DNA of 64,000 bases from Harriotta raleighana. Taxonomy: Eukaryota. Below, piece after piece: positions 12,621 to 25,997 of this stretch (position 1 is the first letter of the stretch; every line of letters starts with the position of its first letter). Location of the stretch: the NCBI GenBank assembly GCA_050575255.1, contig JBNZDD010013687.1:2587227-2651226 (forward strand), in the 5' to 3' direction. The notes beneath the pieces are model-generated. The model saw only the letters and a program-made list of their open reading frames with translations. It did not search any database and was not told the DNA's origin. The position numbers and the translations under genes were made by a program.

Positions 12621-14659
12621 AAAACAGCAAAATGTTTTTTTTAAAAAGCATTGCAGGAAAAAGCTATGTGTAAGTGTTCTGCTGAGATGCTGAACTTACA
12701 ATCCTCAATTCCTACAATTGACAGCTGAGTCTTTTCATACTTTGCCCAAATAGACCCTCAAAGTGTTTTAAATTAGAAGCATGCCATAATTCTCCACCAC
12801 TACTGAATGGTACAACAATAAAACAGAAGCAATCGCTGGTACATAAGGAATAAAATTATAGTAATAAAATGAAATGGCAAGTTGAACCTTGCGCTTCATC
12901 TGTATAATCGGTCACTTTCCCATTCATTCCAAACCTGTGGGGATCCACAGAGAAATACTGAAAATAAACATCATTCTGTTCGGTGTGAAGTACATTAGGA
13001 ACTTCTCAATAGGGTGCTGCATTCTAAGAAGGTGTCTGAATTTTAAAGTGGCATTACTTGTGACCTATCTGTTCATGGCTGGAGCATAATTTTCAACAGC
13101 TTCTATTCTGGAAGTAGGTCTTTGAGCTAATTAAAGTACTCTACTCTTGCTTTGTGCTTCAGTCACTTTGTGCTGCCTGTTATCCCAGCAAAGAAACTGC
13201 TGGAGACTGCATTATCATCTCATCAGTATATTTTTTACATGCTGATAGTTTTAGCACTAAACCCAGTGGAAGTGAAATGTGGAGTTTGAGCTGGGCCTTT
13301 TTCTCCTTTCAACATCATAAAAGGAGAATTATTTGCAACTAGGTGTGAAAATCTTACAATAATCTTGTCAATACGGCAATTTTGATTCTCATGATCAATA
13401 TCAGATTTCATTTGTAGAAATTGTATTCTAACCGTATCTCCTGAATGGTGTAACTAATTCAGCTAGCATAAATAAACTTGAAGCTTTTTTAAAATTTCAT
13501 CATGAGGAAAACCAAGCTAAATTTGTGAAGGTGATTTACTGTTGTCTTAGAGATGTTATTCCCTTATTCAAAGCTCAAATGGGACATCACTTGCTGTGTG
13601 TGTGTGTGTTTGTGAAGGTGAATAGACAACAAAATTCTTAAACAAAGTTTGAAGCTTGATTTTGATCAGCCCTAAAGTTTGATCAACCTGCTTTGGTAAG
13701 AGAATAAATTATTGAAGACTATAATGCATCATAAATATTGTAGTTGTACAGTTGATCTAATTTGTTTTCATTCCGTTACCAGAATTCCTGTGGTAGTAAA
13801 GTGTGGCATTGCAAAATTAATGATGTTCTGCTTCTATTTAGCTATGAGCCAGGGTTCACTTCAAAATGTTAAGTAACTTATTTGAACCTATCTGAATATA
13901 TTTGTGGTTTTTAAGTAATTCTTCATTAGCTTGAACAATAGCTTGAATTATTTTAAAATGTCATTACACAAATATCACCATTATCAGACTCAAACACTGT
14001 TAACAATCTAAAGTTCATGATTCACAAATCAATACTGTAACTTACTCTCTATTCAAATAATTTCCTGGAAACAACTCTCTGCGCATCAATATGGAAAAAA
14101 ATTCAATCTCACATTTACAGAGAAAACAGAGTAAACATCATTCTATTCTCAAGTCATGAATAAGAAAACAGTTAGCAGTTTCTTATTCTGTCAGATTTCG
14201 AGTGAGGAAATAGAAATCTATTCCCAGCTCATGAATAAATAAACCATTTATTTGGAACTGGGCAAATAATGAACTGATTACCATTTCTTTATTCAAAAAT
14301 CACAATTTTTTCCTTTGAAGGAATACATTACTGTTTGATTCTGATCACTATATTCCTTCCAAAAGCACCTCATCAATGAATCTGCATAAAATTACAAAGG
14401 ATCGGGAGTAAAAGATTTTTGTTCAAACAATACAATGGTTTGTGAGGGTGAGGAAGGCCTTGGAAAACAGAAGAGTATAATAACTGACTGTGGATAGAAG
14501 CCTCTGTTTGAGAAGAGGTTTTATTCCCATCGGTTTATGGGTAAACAGCAAAAGAGATTGTTGAGAAAGGGAGATGTAGGTTGGGGTAGGAGGTTGCTCT
14601 GCTTTAGATGATTATTATTTATCCAATTGAATAGACCAGCATGTCAGTCAACCACTGTC

Positions 14660-14830
14660 ACATTTCTTTATTTAAAGGTGAACCTTTTATATTGGGAGAA
14701 CATTTCAAAGTGCTTCACACAGCTGAATGGGTTATAAAACTGGGTGGAGGGAAGGGAAGATGGGGAAAGTGGATGAAAGCATGATCAAAAAGAGAGATCT
14801 TAAGGCAGGTTTTGAAGGCAGAATCAGAAG
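14660..14830 (-). mobile_element. L2 3' end fragment
   Basis: ccttttatattgggagaacatttcaaagtgcttcac followed by purine-rich ..gatcaaaaagagagatcttaaggcaggttttgaagg, the reverse complement of the FKxxLKTxLF end of L2 ORF2. Confidence 0.6.
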
Positions 14831-15116
14831 GAATGCAGGATCAAGTTCCAGATAACTAATAGTAATAATTTATCATCACTGAAGCTGAAATGAGATTCAT
14901 TGACAATGCATGTTCAATTTTTCTTAATGGTTGACTGCTTGAATGCACTGAATATATTTTCAATCTTTTTATAATCAAACAATCTGACTTGCTTTCTGGG
15001 GCTCAGAAATAATTGTGATTTCAGAAATGGTGGATTGAGACAATATAAACAAGCCTCGGAATCTTTAGCTTTGTGAACTTCCCTTCTGTCCACCGGTCCC
15101 GACCCCTGACTATTCA

Positions 15117-15183
15117 GCACTTTGTGACGTCCTCCTGACTTGAAAGGCGCGCTCTAAATGTGATTTTGTTGTTGGTTGTTGTT
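15117..15183 (+). mobile_element. L2 3' tail
   Basis: gcactttgtgacgtcctcctgacttgaaaggcgcgctctaaatgtgattttgttgttggttgtt. Confidence 0.7.
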
Positions 15184-16125
15184 CCCCGTAATGCAACCGT
15201 GTGCAATGAAACTGGTCATATCTGAGAGAATCTAAAAAGTTCAATTTAACAATACATATTTTAATAATCTCTATAATTTAATTAATCCTGATTGAAAATG
15301 TCTGGGAGGACAGGTCAGACATCAGTACAGTCCGAGTTTGACCAGGAAAGCTCAAATTAGATAATCAGATAGCGAGGAATTGTAGTTCAGATCATGCAAT
15401 TGGTAGCAGAAGTTAGCGCCTGCCAAATCCTCTAGGTGGTGTCAAAACACTATCTTGGTACAGAATTTTCAATTTGTATATTTTGCTGGAAATGCGACAT
15501 TCATAGTCGAGAATTAATATCCAAATCCCATTGTGTGGGACATGTTCCAAATAGAGTTGTATACTTTACATTGAAGAGTAAATGAAAATGAGTAAGGTTC
15601 TAATGGCAGCACAAAATGAGTATACCAAAATTGCATTTTACCATCGCAAAGACATAATCATGTCACTCGACTGTAGTCATGTTGTACAGGTAATCAGGGT
15701 CTCCTTTGTGACATGTTTAGCAATTGAATGGCAGAATCAAGCCAACCTTCTGTGGTGTTTTTGGTAGGCCTGAGCCACGCAGTTCCACAGTATTCCAGGG
15801 CACTGCTGATGATAGCACAGCCAGCCTGGCTCATAAACAGAACTTGGAAGGGCAGAAGTGTCATTGGGGCTAGGGAATCATCTATCACGCTGTTGAATTC
15901 CATTTCTTATGGGATTTACAGGAGTGCCTGATTATTTTCAAATCAGGATTTACAGCCAATAGATTCATTCAGGATTCAAGTTAACACTTGGCTTGGGGTA
16001 GAGGAGAGGCATTACGTTTGTGTCTGAGTGTTTGTTCTGAGCTAGTGTGGTATCTTCTATAGTACAGTACTGTATAATGGATCAGGGTATGTCTCAGTAC
16101 ACTATTTAGTATATCAGATCGATTT

Positions 16126-16380
16126 CAAGATCCCTTCATGCCCTCTGATCTACCCACCTTTCCCACCTGCTTATTACCACCCACTCCCCCACCTGCTGCC
16201 TCCGCTCGCCCAGCTCCAGTCTCCTGTTTCTCCCTTATCCTCTCTGCTCCACCATTGGTGGCTGTGCCTTCAGCCACTACACCCTGAAACTCTGGAAATC
16301 TCTCCCTCAATCCTTCTGCCTTGCCCCCTCCACGCATTCAAATCCCGACTAAACACCTTTGTTTTAGCTTATAGTCACCT
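16126..16380 (+). mobile_element. L2 ORF2 3' fragment
   Basis: accattggtggctgtgccttcagccactacaccctgaaactctggaaatctctccctcaatcc encodes TIGGCAFSHYTLKLWKSLPQS and aligns with the L2 copy at 62880-62940. Confidence 0.85.
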
Positions 16381-16391
16381 CCCACCTCAAG

Positions 16392-16605
16392 AACAACATC
16401 AACTTGCATTTATATAGCGCCCTCCATGCCAGGCGGCATCTTAGAATGTTTCAGAAGGCAGAGCCTGAAGCTGAACCAGGGAGAGGTGAAAGTTGACCGT
16501 AAGCACTCTCCCTCTCCATTTGGCTCGTTGGCGGACTTCCCCACTGCCAAGTGCTCGAGGACGCTAGTGCGTGAGAAGGAAGCTATATTAATGCAAGTTG
16601 CTGTA
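16392..16605. repeat. Inverted pair of L2/SINE tails (fold-back)
   Basis: caacttgcatttatatagc (16400-16418) and gctatattaatgcaagttg (16582-16600) are reverse complements at 18/19 positions. Confidence 0.75.
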
Positions 16606-17124
16606 AATAAATGAATACAAGCTATCCTGCTTTCCTCATCTTTATTGTTGACTGTATAATTGGACATTATGCTTGTAACTTAAATATAGACCTGCTATTT
16701 TTAACACAATTGGGAACAATTGTCCTGTGGGTAACAAGGAGGGCATACTGCCAGTAGCAAATAATTCTAGTTTCCACAGCTGCCATCTGTTAAAAACTAT
16801 TTAAAAATGTGTTTGGTTCCAAAGGTATTTGGATATTTTTATACCAGACATGTTGTAAAAAGCAGGGATACAGAGAGAGAGAAAGATGTTTTGTCCAGAA
16901 GAGAATTGTAAAAAGCCAAATATAGTGAATTCCCAGAGGGGCATCTTATCTATACCCATTAAGGAAACAAGCAATAAGTCTCATCAGTTTAAGACCAAGA
17001 ACATTTTTGAATGATGTAGCGGCTGCTTCTTTTAACCTCACTAACACATTGGCAGGTTTTCATGGCGATGATTGGAAGCCTTTAGTAATGTCTGTCAATT
17101 TGCCACTGATTAAGATAATCTAGC

Positions 17125-17260
17125 ATTAGAATTTCTGGGTGGATGCCAGGGGAATCCATAGGGAATAATGGCATCTAAGGATACTTTTCCATTGCTATTT
17201 CCTCACCCCTTCCATCGAATTAATAGAAAATGGAGGAATCCACTCAAATCCCAGATTGTT
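17125..17260 (+). repeat. Old unclassified interspersed repeat, copy 1
   Basis: ccccttccatcgaattaatagaaaatggaggaatccactcaaatcccagat is similar to 18198-18247. Confidence 0.55.
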
Positions 17261-18089
17261 TTTCATTTTTAGAACCAAAAAGCTTTTAGTTCCCACATGT
17301 TGGAAAATGTCCTTCTCATGTCCAACTCAATAGTCACTGAAGAACCATCCCAACAGATGTCATTGAAAATCTGAACTTGAGCAATGAATACACACAATAT
17401 ACAGACAGTAACAGTTTTTATTAAACGGAATTGTCATTACTCTTTTTTTCCGTATTGAAAAAGTGGAAGATGTTCTTCAGATATTTTTATTGATCTGATG
17501 TTTACCAACTATGTACAAATGATACATTACTAGCTTGTTGTTGGGAGTGAAAGATTTCAAAATACCTTGCAATACAAACTATAAAATTACAACCTGTCAT
17601 CTGCTTTTGGCAGATTAAACTCTAAAGTCAATTGGGAGGAAAAATTCCAACAATCAAACCTAAGGAGAAAAGCACTCATCTAAATCATGATAAAATAATA
17701 ATTTGGATCTCAAGCTCAGAATTTTAGTAGATAAAATTAACAAGGCTATTAAAGTTTCACATGCTGCAGTGCAAGAATTTGATTCAAATACAAATTGCAT
17801 TCATCAGAGAGGTCAATCTTATTATGGAAATTCACAAGCATTCTAGAAATCAATAGTTTCACTGTTTAAAGAAATGTTAAACATGATATATTCCAAAATA
17901 TGTGAATTTATGTAGTATTTATTAAATGATGGTTAATATCTGCCAATGAAAGTCAAATGAAATAGTTCGATATAAAGTGCTAATTGTGATATTAATACCC
18001 TCTGAAGTGTTAATACAGCACACACCATAAGGACTTGTGGTTCTGTGAGAAAGGAGCATGATTATTGTGAAATATCTGGATTAAAGGAA

Positions 18090-18250
18090 GTCACTTGAAG
18101 TGGGAAATGTGGGGATATCCATGTTGCCCTTTAATTTATTGATACTTTTTCTCCCCATGTTTCCCCTAAGGATATTTCTCAGAAGGCATTTCCACATCCC
18201 CTCCATTGTATTAATAGAAAATGTAGGAAACCAATCAGATCCAAGATGTG
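18090..18250 (+). repeat. Old unclassified interspersed repeat, copy 2
   Basis: cccctccattgtattaatagaaaatgtaggaaaccaatcagatccaagat is similar to 17206-17256; both copies also have ctaaggata upstream. Confidence 0.55.
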
Positions 18251-19794
18251 CATGTTTAGGTTTGTTTTTACTGATGCTTAAATTCTTCAATTGCATGGCC
18301 AGGTAACATATGTTCACATCATTACTGTTCCTAATGATACATTCTTCTTGACCATTAGGAGGCATACTGCTTCAAGGTGCAATATTCAGCTAGTATAAGG
18401 CACTGCAGACAGTGGCTCAGCCATACAATGAGGAAGAGCTCATCATAGATGCAGATGGCAGATGTGAGTAACAAACAGTCTTAAGACCATGCTCTACTGG
18501 ATTGTAAACACTGGCCTCCCTGAATAAAGTACTTCAAATTTACGTTATGTTGTGGTGAAATCTTTAATATTCTCCACAACAAAGTTGTGCAATGAGAGTA
18601 AATGGTGGCTAGGATCTACTGATTTGAAATTCCACTGTTCTGCTAGCAGGTGAATGAAAATAAATAGGTACCGTGTACCTGAGACAAAGGGCACAGGTGT
18701 TATATCTAGTTTTCTATGAATTTAAATCACATAATTGCAATTTCACTCAACCGCCAGCTAACGAGACTAACAGAGGAAAACATGATCCGGTTAGATGGAT
18801 TTTCCAGCTAAGTGTTTATGCATTTAAAATAAATAAAATGAAAATACACTTGTCTTCCAAACTTGTGGTACAATGAATATTTTTGTCATGCAACAGTACA
18901 TAACATTCTTTCCATTCAATTCATTTATTTTCTCTAGTTTCTCAAGCAGGATGAAGATACCCTTGATATTCCCATCTATTTTTGTGAAACTAGACCATTT
19001 CTTCTCCATTATAAACATGTTTTGGCTGGTTGATTAACACGGAACTTAGACTGGGAAATTTTGATCATTCTCATTCTTTGGCCAACCAGTTTGGCATTCT
19101 TTACAAGATGTTGTGGTACATCAGGATAGGTGGCATTTTTAGACTAAAATATTTCTCAGGTTGGAAAAAGTAGTGTAATGATGTAGCTGATGATTTACAG
19201 TATAAAGCTTTCATCCAAAATATACACCAAGTGCTGCACAGGTGGGTGGTTTAAAATAAAGCAAACTGGGAGGGTTGGCAGTACAACACATGACATGAGT
19301 TGTTATTTAGGGGATGAAGCTTAGCATCTGACACGAGCTGTCAGGAGAATGCAGTGTAACATGAGATGTCATTTAGAAAACACAGTGTGGGATAGGATGT
19401 GAGTCAGTGGACAATAGGGAGAATGAAAGGATGAAGAGGAAATTGCTGTAGTCTTGTTCAACTAGGATTTAACTATTCTTTTGTAGATTTCACTGGGGAT
19501 TAACTAACTTTTTCTTTGTTTGAGATGTAGATTAAATGATTAATAGGATTTTTGCAGTTTATGAAATTGTGCAGTTAGTGAGAAGGTTTAAAGGTGAGAG
19601 TCTCTAAGGTGAGATAAAAATCATCCATCACCTGATTTTATCTTCGATGAATACAGAACTACAATATGTCCTGGATTTAGTCTAGATTTTGTGTTACTCA
19701 GGACCTCATTTATGAAACTGGAAATTTCTAAATTTGATGATGCAAACAGTTAAGATAGGAGTTAATGGTTAACAGTGTGGAAGTTAATAACTTA

Positions 19795-19850
19795 GGCATG
19801 TGGAGTAAGGAAACTTGTCCAATGTTTCGCCCTACCCGGGAATTGAAGTC
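19795..19850 (-). mobile_element. SINE head fragment (B-box region)
   Basis: Reverse complement ttcaattcccgggtagggcgaaacattggacaagtttccttactccacatgcc matches 22010-22062. Confidence 0.8.
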
Positions 19851-20365
19851 AGATACCAAACAGTTTCTGGTAGACTTATATAATTAGATTTTCTTACCTT
19901 ATTTGTAATTTGCACTTACCATTAAAATTAGAATGATGTGTTCAGCAACCTCACATGATTTGATCCAGCAACACTGCTGTCCAAACTTCTAAAGGTGATA
20001 ATACCAAGGTTTTCTGAGAAAATAGAATGTGCCATTTGGTTGGTAGACTTATTCACTTATTTTATCTCAGTATCTAGTCACAGCATGATTTTTGTTGTTT
20101 TGAAGCTTTTTTTTCACCCATCCAGTTCTTTTTGAAGGGTCTATGTTGTTATGTCAATTTACGCAACATTAGCATAGCTGTATTTGAGAGCTTGTTCCAT
20201 ACAAACAGTACTTGGTCAATCTCTCGTCTTTCTTGAGGATTGTCATTATTGTACAGTATTCAACAACTCTAGCCCTGCATTATTGGTCCAATTTATGTAG
20301 TCTGCGATCATTTTACATTATACATTTGTGTGAGCATCTTAAAAATCTGAATCAAGCGGAGACTT

Positions 20366-20459
20366 AATAATCCTTACATTTGATATAGTACGTTATCAAA
20401 TCTTCGTGATGTCTCACAGAAAATACTGTTAAGTTAATTAACTGTATATTGTGTGGGGG
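20366..20459 (-). mobile_element. SINE 3' portion
   Basis: aataatccttacatttgatatagtacgttatc..gatgtctcacag..aactgtatattgtgtggg. Confidence 0.7.
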
Positions 20460-21953
20460 AGGGATAGACTTAGGGTTAAGAGCAACTCACTCGACAAATT
20501 AAAACAATTGAGAATTCTGTCGTTAAATGCAAATAGCATAATGTAGCTGGACACTGTCACCAGATTTCATGCTTTGATGTAGATTCGCAGAAAGATACCA
20601 TCTTGAATGGGGGGAGGCAGGGGGAGTGAGGAGGCGTCGTTTCAAATACAGAAGAAAATATAAAATACGTGGAATACCAAACAACCAAAGGCAAACACAG
20701 TGACAGACTGGCACACTGCTCAACTCAAGCAGTGATTGTTTTGATCGTGTTTCTATTTCACTGTGGGTTTTTTTTTAATCAGACGTGAATCCTAGACGTT
20801 TCTTTTGGTGGTGATGATGAGTATTATTAGTGAGAGTCTGTTTCCCCTCCCACCACCCCAAAATTGACTACAGTACCTGTTTCCCCATTCCCCATCCCAT
20901 TCCCCATCCCATTGCTGTTTTGCGCCCCGGTTGTCGCCATCCACAGCGATACATTTATCAGTTGGATGCCTGGACCTGAGACACAAACTGCACAGTGAAA
21001 AGAGCCTCGGCGATCACTCCAGCCAAGTCTAAACCACTGAGATTTTCATCGCGTTTTGGGTGTCTGACGCTGCGATGACTTTTCTTCTCTTTTAAATCTG
21101 TTACCAAGCGATGAAACTTGAAATTCCCCTTATATATATATATATGTATATATACGCACACACAAACTTGCATATGTGAAATCAGCGCTCGTTCATATCA
21201 AGCACGATCCTGTAATATTTACTTTCTTCCTAAATTACACAACAGTCGGGAGGAAAGGGAAAGCAAACGAGGTATTGTGTGTGTGTGTGTTTGCTGTCCA
21301 GCTCCTTTAGGTTGGAGCCAGGATTTATTTGTTCTGTGGGAGGGGAAGGGGTGGACACGGACCCGATCAGATTTCCTACACTTGGGAAAAAAATTCCCAC
21401 TCGCTGCTTTATTGGGGAACTTTGAGACGAGAGAGGAACCAGGACTGTGGGCTGAACACGTACAAATAAAAATTCCGGCCAGATTCACTGGGATTATACA
21501 CGCGAGAAAGATTGAGAAAACGAAACGGGGGGGGGGGGGGGGGGATGATGAATGATCTCCATCCATAAGCAAAACAAAAGAGAGTATATTAAGTTATGAA
21601 TCAATGAACGAATAGGTAAACAGGTCAGGAAAGGAAAGCAGGAATATTTCACTGAGAAGGCGCACGATTTCTGTGAAAATCTGCTACTGTCCAAGTCAGT
21701 ATTTTTTTTGTTGTGAGTTGCCGTGAGATGGCAGTCATAATAATAATATTTTTTGCATTTGGTAAAGTTGGCTTTTGTTTTTTTTAATCAGATTCCAATC
21801 AACTCAACCGACCTACATCATAGAAATCTGAGCAAACTCACTGTGGGGGTGGGGGACGCACGTTGTCACACTCCTTCTAAAGTGACTTGCTCTGTGTTTC
21901 ACTCCTTTCTCCCTCTCTGTGCCAAATCAAATCAAATCAAATCCCATCGACGT

Positions 21954-22290
21954 GGAGTGCTGTAGCTCGGTGGTTAGAGCACTCGCCTTGCAAGCGAGAG
22001 ACCTAGGGGTTCAATTCTAGGCAGGGTTGAAACCTTGGGCAAGTTTCCTTACTCCACACACCTGATAATAATCCTGGGGGGGAGAGGTTGGGGAAGGGAA
22101 ACATTAATATTGTAGATTGGTTGATTCAATCCACCACTGCTTTGTGGGACGCTGCTGTGCGCAATTGGCTGCCACGTTTCGCCCACAAATATACAGTCAA
22201 TTCACTTGATCGCATATTCCGTGAAGCGCTTTGAGACGTCCAGAAGACGTGATAAGCGCTGTATCGAATGCAAGGATTAGTATTATTAGT
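21954..22290 (+). mobile_element. tRNA(Ala)-derived SINE, near full length
   Basis: A-box tagctcggtgg, anticodon arm ctcgc-cttgcaa-gcgag, B-box ggttcaattc, Deu-like gggacgctgctgtgcgcaattggctgccacgttt, tail gaagcgctttgagacgtcc..cgtgataagcgctgtatcgaatgcaaggatta. Confidence 0.9.
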
Positions 22291-22443
22291 GTTGTTGTTA
22301 TCAAACGCAGTCTCTTGTCTGCAGTACTGAGCAGGGAGATTTGGAAGCACAGCCTACAAGAGGCGATGGCATTGCCAATGTGCAGCTCAGTCACTCAAAG
22401 CCATGTTGTGGCCGCTGGGTGTCAGTAGAGAGGCGCTCACCGC

Positions 22444-22626
22444 NNNNNNNNNNNNNNNNNNNNNNNNNNNNNNNNNNNNNNNNNNNNNNNNNNNNNNNNN
22501 NNNNNNNNNNNNNNNNNNNNNNNNNNNNNNNNNNNNNNNNNNNNNNNNNNNNNNNNNNNNNNNNNNNNNNNNNNNNNNNNNNNNNNNNNNNNNNNNNNNN
22601 NNNNNNNNNNNNNNNNNNNNNNNNNN
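22444..22626. other. Assembly gap
   Basis: Run of N. Confidence 1.
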
Positions 22627-22772
22627 GAAGACCGCACGCGTTGTGCTTGCTGATGATTAGAACAATTATAAAATCCGCACAACAGTTCGAAATTAACGTC
22701 TGCCTCCATTGAAAAACTACTGCCTCCAATGGAGGGTGAGTGGGAGGGGGGGATTTTGTTTTCAAAAAGGAT

Positions 22773-22816
<44 letters not shown>

Positions 22817-22830
22817 NCCCCCCCCCCCCC

Positions 22831-23101
22831 CCACCACCCCCTCCAACTCCCCCAGCAGCGATTTTGAAATGATTTGAAGTCTGTAGAACATTTTGGATTC
22901 TGGTTGTTTAATAACAGGGAGAGGATGGGCCTCGCACACACTCTGTGATGAGGCCATCAGCNTCCCCCCCCCCCCCCCCCCCAACCCCCCACCACCCCCT
23001 CCAACTCCCCCAGCAGCGATTTTGAAATGATTTGAAGTCTGTAGAACATTTTGGATTCTGGTTGTTTAATAACAGGGAGAGGATGGGCCTCGCACACACT
23101 C
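22831..23101. repeat. 113-bp direct duplication next to poly-C and a single N (likely assembly artefact)
   Basis: 22831-22943 equals 22989-23101; N at 22962; each copy is preceded by a poly-C run. Confidence 0.85.
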
Positions 23102-24059
23102 AGATTTAAGGTGGGAATGTGTTTGAAAGTTCAAACCAGCAGCTGAAAAACCCATATTTGCACCGTTAATGTACATGGCATGTGCTGGGTTTTTAAAAAA
23201 AAATTTTTTAGATATAAAAAAAAGATTAACACATCTTTTGACCTCCCCTTCCAGTGAAATGTGTTATTTCTGAAGATTGTGTTTGATTATGAAGACAGTG
23301 ACAAATCTTTACAAATTTTGATATTCTTATTAAAATACTCCCCCCCCCTTCCCCCAACCCACCACCCACCACCTCTGGAGTTTGTGTCAACCACTGGAAT
23401 ATTTAAATTGAACATAACTAGTTCCAGGACGGATTCTGCGATCTGATACACAGCACCAGGATTTGTGGTGGCTTCAAATATTCTCCTCAATTTGTGTGTG
23501 TGTGGCGGGGGGGCGGGGGGNGGGGGGGGGGGGTCGTTGCAACCTCGAGAAAATGATTTCACCAAAATGCTAAGTATCTCCTCCAGATAGAAATAGACAG
23601 GTTGTTTGCACAGTGCAAGAGAAAACTGTACCTAAAAAATCAAACATAAAACAAAACAGATGTGGGCAGAGAATCAAAACTTTAACTAAATTGTCTGCAG
23701 CAAAAATAACTCGTTGAAATGTACAAAAGCGAATCATAAATTAACGAAGAATATGCATTGCATGGGGTTATTTTAGAATGACCCGTGTTAAATGAATCTT
23801 GTTAGAAATAAATACATCAATTGCTTGTGATTGAAAGGACAAAAGTATTGTATTTGCCTTGTATCCCTAGCACAAAGTCAACGCCTTTATTTATTGCTTC
23901 TTCGAATGCAATTTTTAAAACATTAAAACGATATAATGCCACAAAAGATACTCATTTTCTTTCAACCCACAGGCCATTGCACCCCCCCACCCCCCCACAC
24001 ACACAGAAAAAATGATCAATTCATTTGTGTTTTCATAAATCCAATGGGGATATTATCAT

Positions 24060-24125
24060 AATAATCATTGTATCTGATATAACGCCTTATCACTTCGTTA
24101 AGACGTCTTAAAGCGCTTCGCAGAT
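24060..24125 (-). mobile_element. SINE 3' tail
   Basis: aataatcattgtatctgatataacgccttatcacttcgttaagacgtcttaaagcgcttc. Confidence 0.8.
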
Positions 24126-25650
24126 TATATTGCACACAGCGCTCATTTTGGTTATGCGTGAGCAAGTTTTTTTTCTATGTAGAAATGATACTTTATACTT
24201 TTTTTTGTTTTAACATTCAATTGCGACAGTGATGTCGGTGGCGAAACTTTTGTCATTCTAACAATTGTATATAAAAAAACATTTATTTTGAAAGACATGT
24301 CACTCCTAAAGTAGTTTACAAGGACCAAACATGGGATTAACACAGTCTAAATGGTCAGAATACAAGACGAGCGATAAGAATCGGAGGGCATGCAATTTTC
24401 CAAGTGACACACACAGCTGTCAATGAGAAAGTTCCGGATTATCAGGGTTTACTCAACAGTAGAATAAACCAAGGATTTGACTCCTGGGCCAGGTGGGTTA
24501 TGTTTATAGGATTTGGGATACTGAGACAGAAAATCACCTTGCATTAATACACCGTTCCTGACCGCTCCTGTATTAAGGTTTTGTTTTCATTAGTGAAGCT
24601 GACTGTGAAGTCCCGAGTGATTTACCGTCAGCCTCTGGAGTGGAATTAACAAGCATAACACACCGAAATCCGCAGAGAATCCCATTTATAACACTCGCAG
24701 TGTGTTTACAAATGGAGCAATGAGGGAGTTTGGTTCGTGGATCTTCAGCCAAAGAAAATCACAGCAACTGCTTTGTGCTGACATTTTATCATTCCAGGAT
24801 CACGCCAGTGAAAATCAGCTTTGTTTGTTTGGCAGCACAAGTGAGGTGCGTTCAAAGCACTGAAAAACACAGATGAATATATACCAGAGATTTGCTGAAA
24901 GGCAATAATCTCATCAAGGGGTTCACATAATGTCTGCCTCTTGCAGTTTAGAAATATGATTTGAATCCCAAACTGAGACTGTAGCATTGATATCACCGGT
25001 ATTGCATTGTAACTGCAGGAGCTCTATCTGAAATCCATCTGATTCCTATTTTGATTTGATATTTTCTTCAAGGGCAGTGTCAGGGGAAAATAAATAGCTG
25101 TAGTTGATGCAATAACATCAACACTGAAGGATAGATGTTTGTAGCATAATGACAGAAAGTTTATCCAATGGTAATAGGTAGGTAGTTACCCGAAATAGCA
25201 CTATCAATATATTGTACATTAAAAGCATGTAGCAGGGGAAAAAATACTCGAGTTAGTTCAGTTAGTTCACCCCTTCCCTCCTAGCCTTCCCCAACTCCTC
25301 TTCGATCCTTAAGCCACAAATTTCAAGTAGTTAAAGTGCCACGACTGAAATTTTTATATTTGGTGGTTAGAAACAATACTTTCAGTCGTGTCACGATAAA
25401 AAAAATAGATATTGAACAGCAAATAAAAACATATTTAGAAATATTCTATCCCATCCTTGATAAACTATGAACTCCTGTAACCACATTAATCTTGAATTAC
25501 TGCTGTTACAAGTCACAGGTATGCATTTTATGGTTAATCATGGAGTCGCTCAACATATACCGCGAGTGTTATTCTTGTTTGGATACATATTCCAGATATT
25601 CTCTTCCGACGAACTTCAGGAACTTGCCCGAATAACCGTAACGATATAGT

Positions 25651-25715
25651 GATAATCCTTCCATTTGATATAGCGCCTTGTCACGACGTTGAGGCGTCTA
25701 AAAGCGCTTGACTGT
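25651..25715 (-). mobile_element. SINE 3' tail
   Basis: ataatccttccatttgatatagcgccttgtcacgacgttgaggcgtctaaaagcgcttg. Confidence 0.8.
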
Positions 25716-25997
25716 ACCGTTTGTGAGTGAAGTTCATTCTTCAGGTGTAAGACTGGACAGTGATTATTGACAGGTAGCCGGGCAAAGAATGCCACACAAG
25801 ATCCACCCTGACACTGAGCGATGTGCAGATTGAGAGCCCATTTGGGGGTAAGTCTTCAGGACACAGATGCGTGGCCTTCCAGGAGGGCTCACACGTTAAC
25901 ATTGTTTGTTTGTCTGGCTCCATCGTGTAGGAAGGTTGATGTCAAAGGAAGTCTCCTCAATACCAACTAATGATCCAAACTGAGATCTTCTCCTATG

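Noticed and set aside
22341-22984. Long ORFs spanning the N gap and poly-C
   Set aside because: Artefacts of N runs and homopolymers.
23445-23470. REST/NRSE site (cagcaccagga)
   Set aside because: Only the left half-site matches; the GGACAG right half is missing.
25741-25990. Possible ancient repeat between the two opposed tails
   Set aside because: Only a vague resemblance to old vertebrate SINE cores; cannot be supported without a search.
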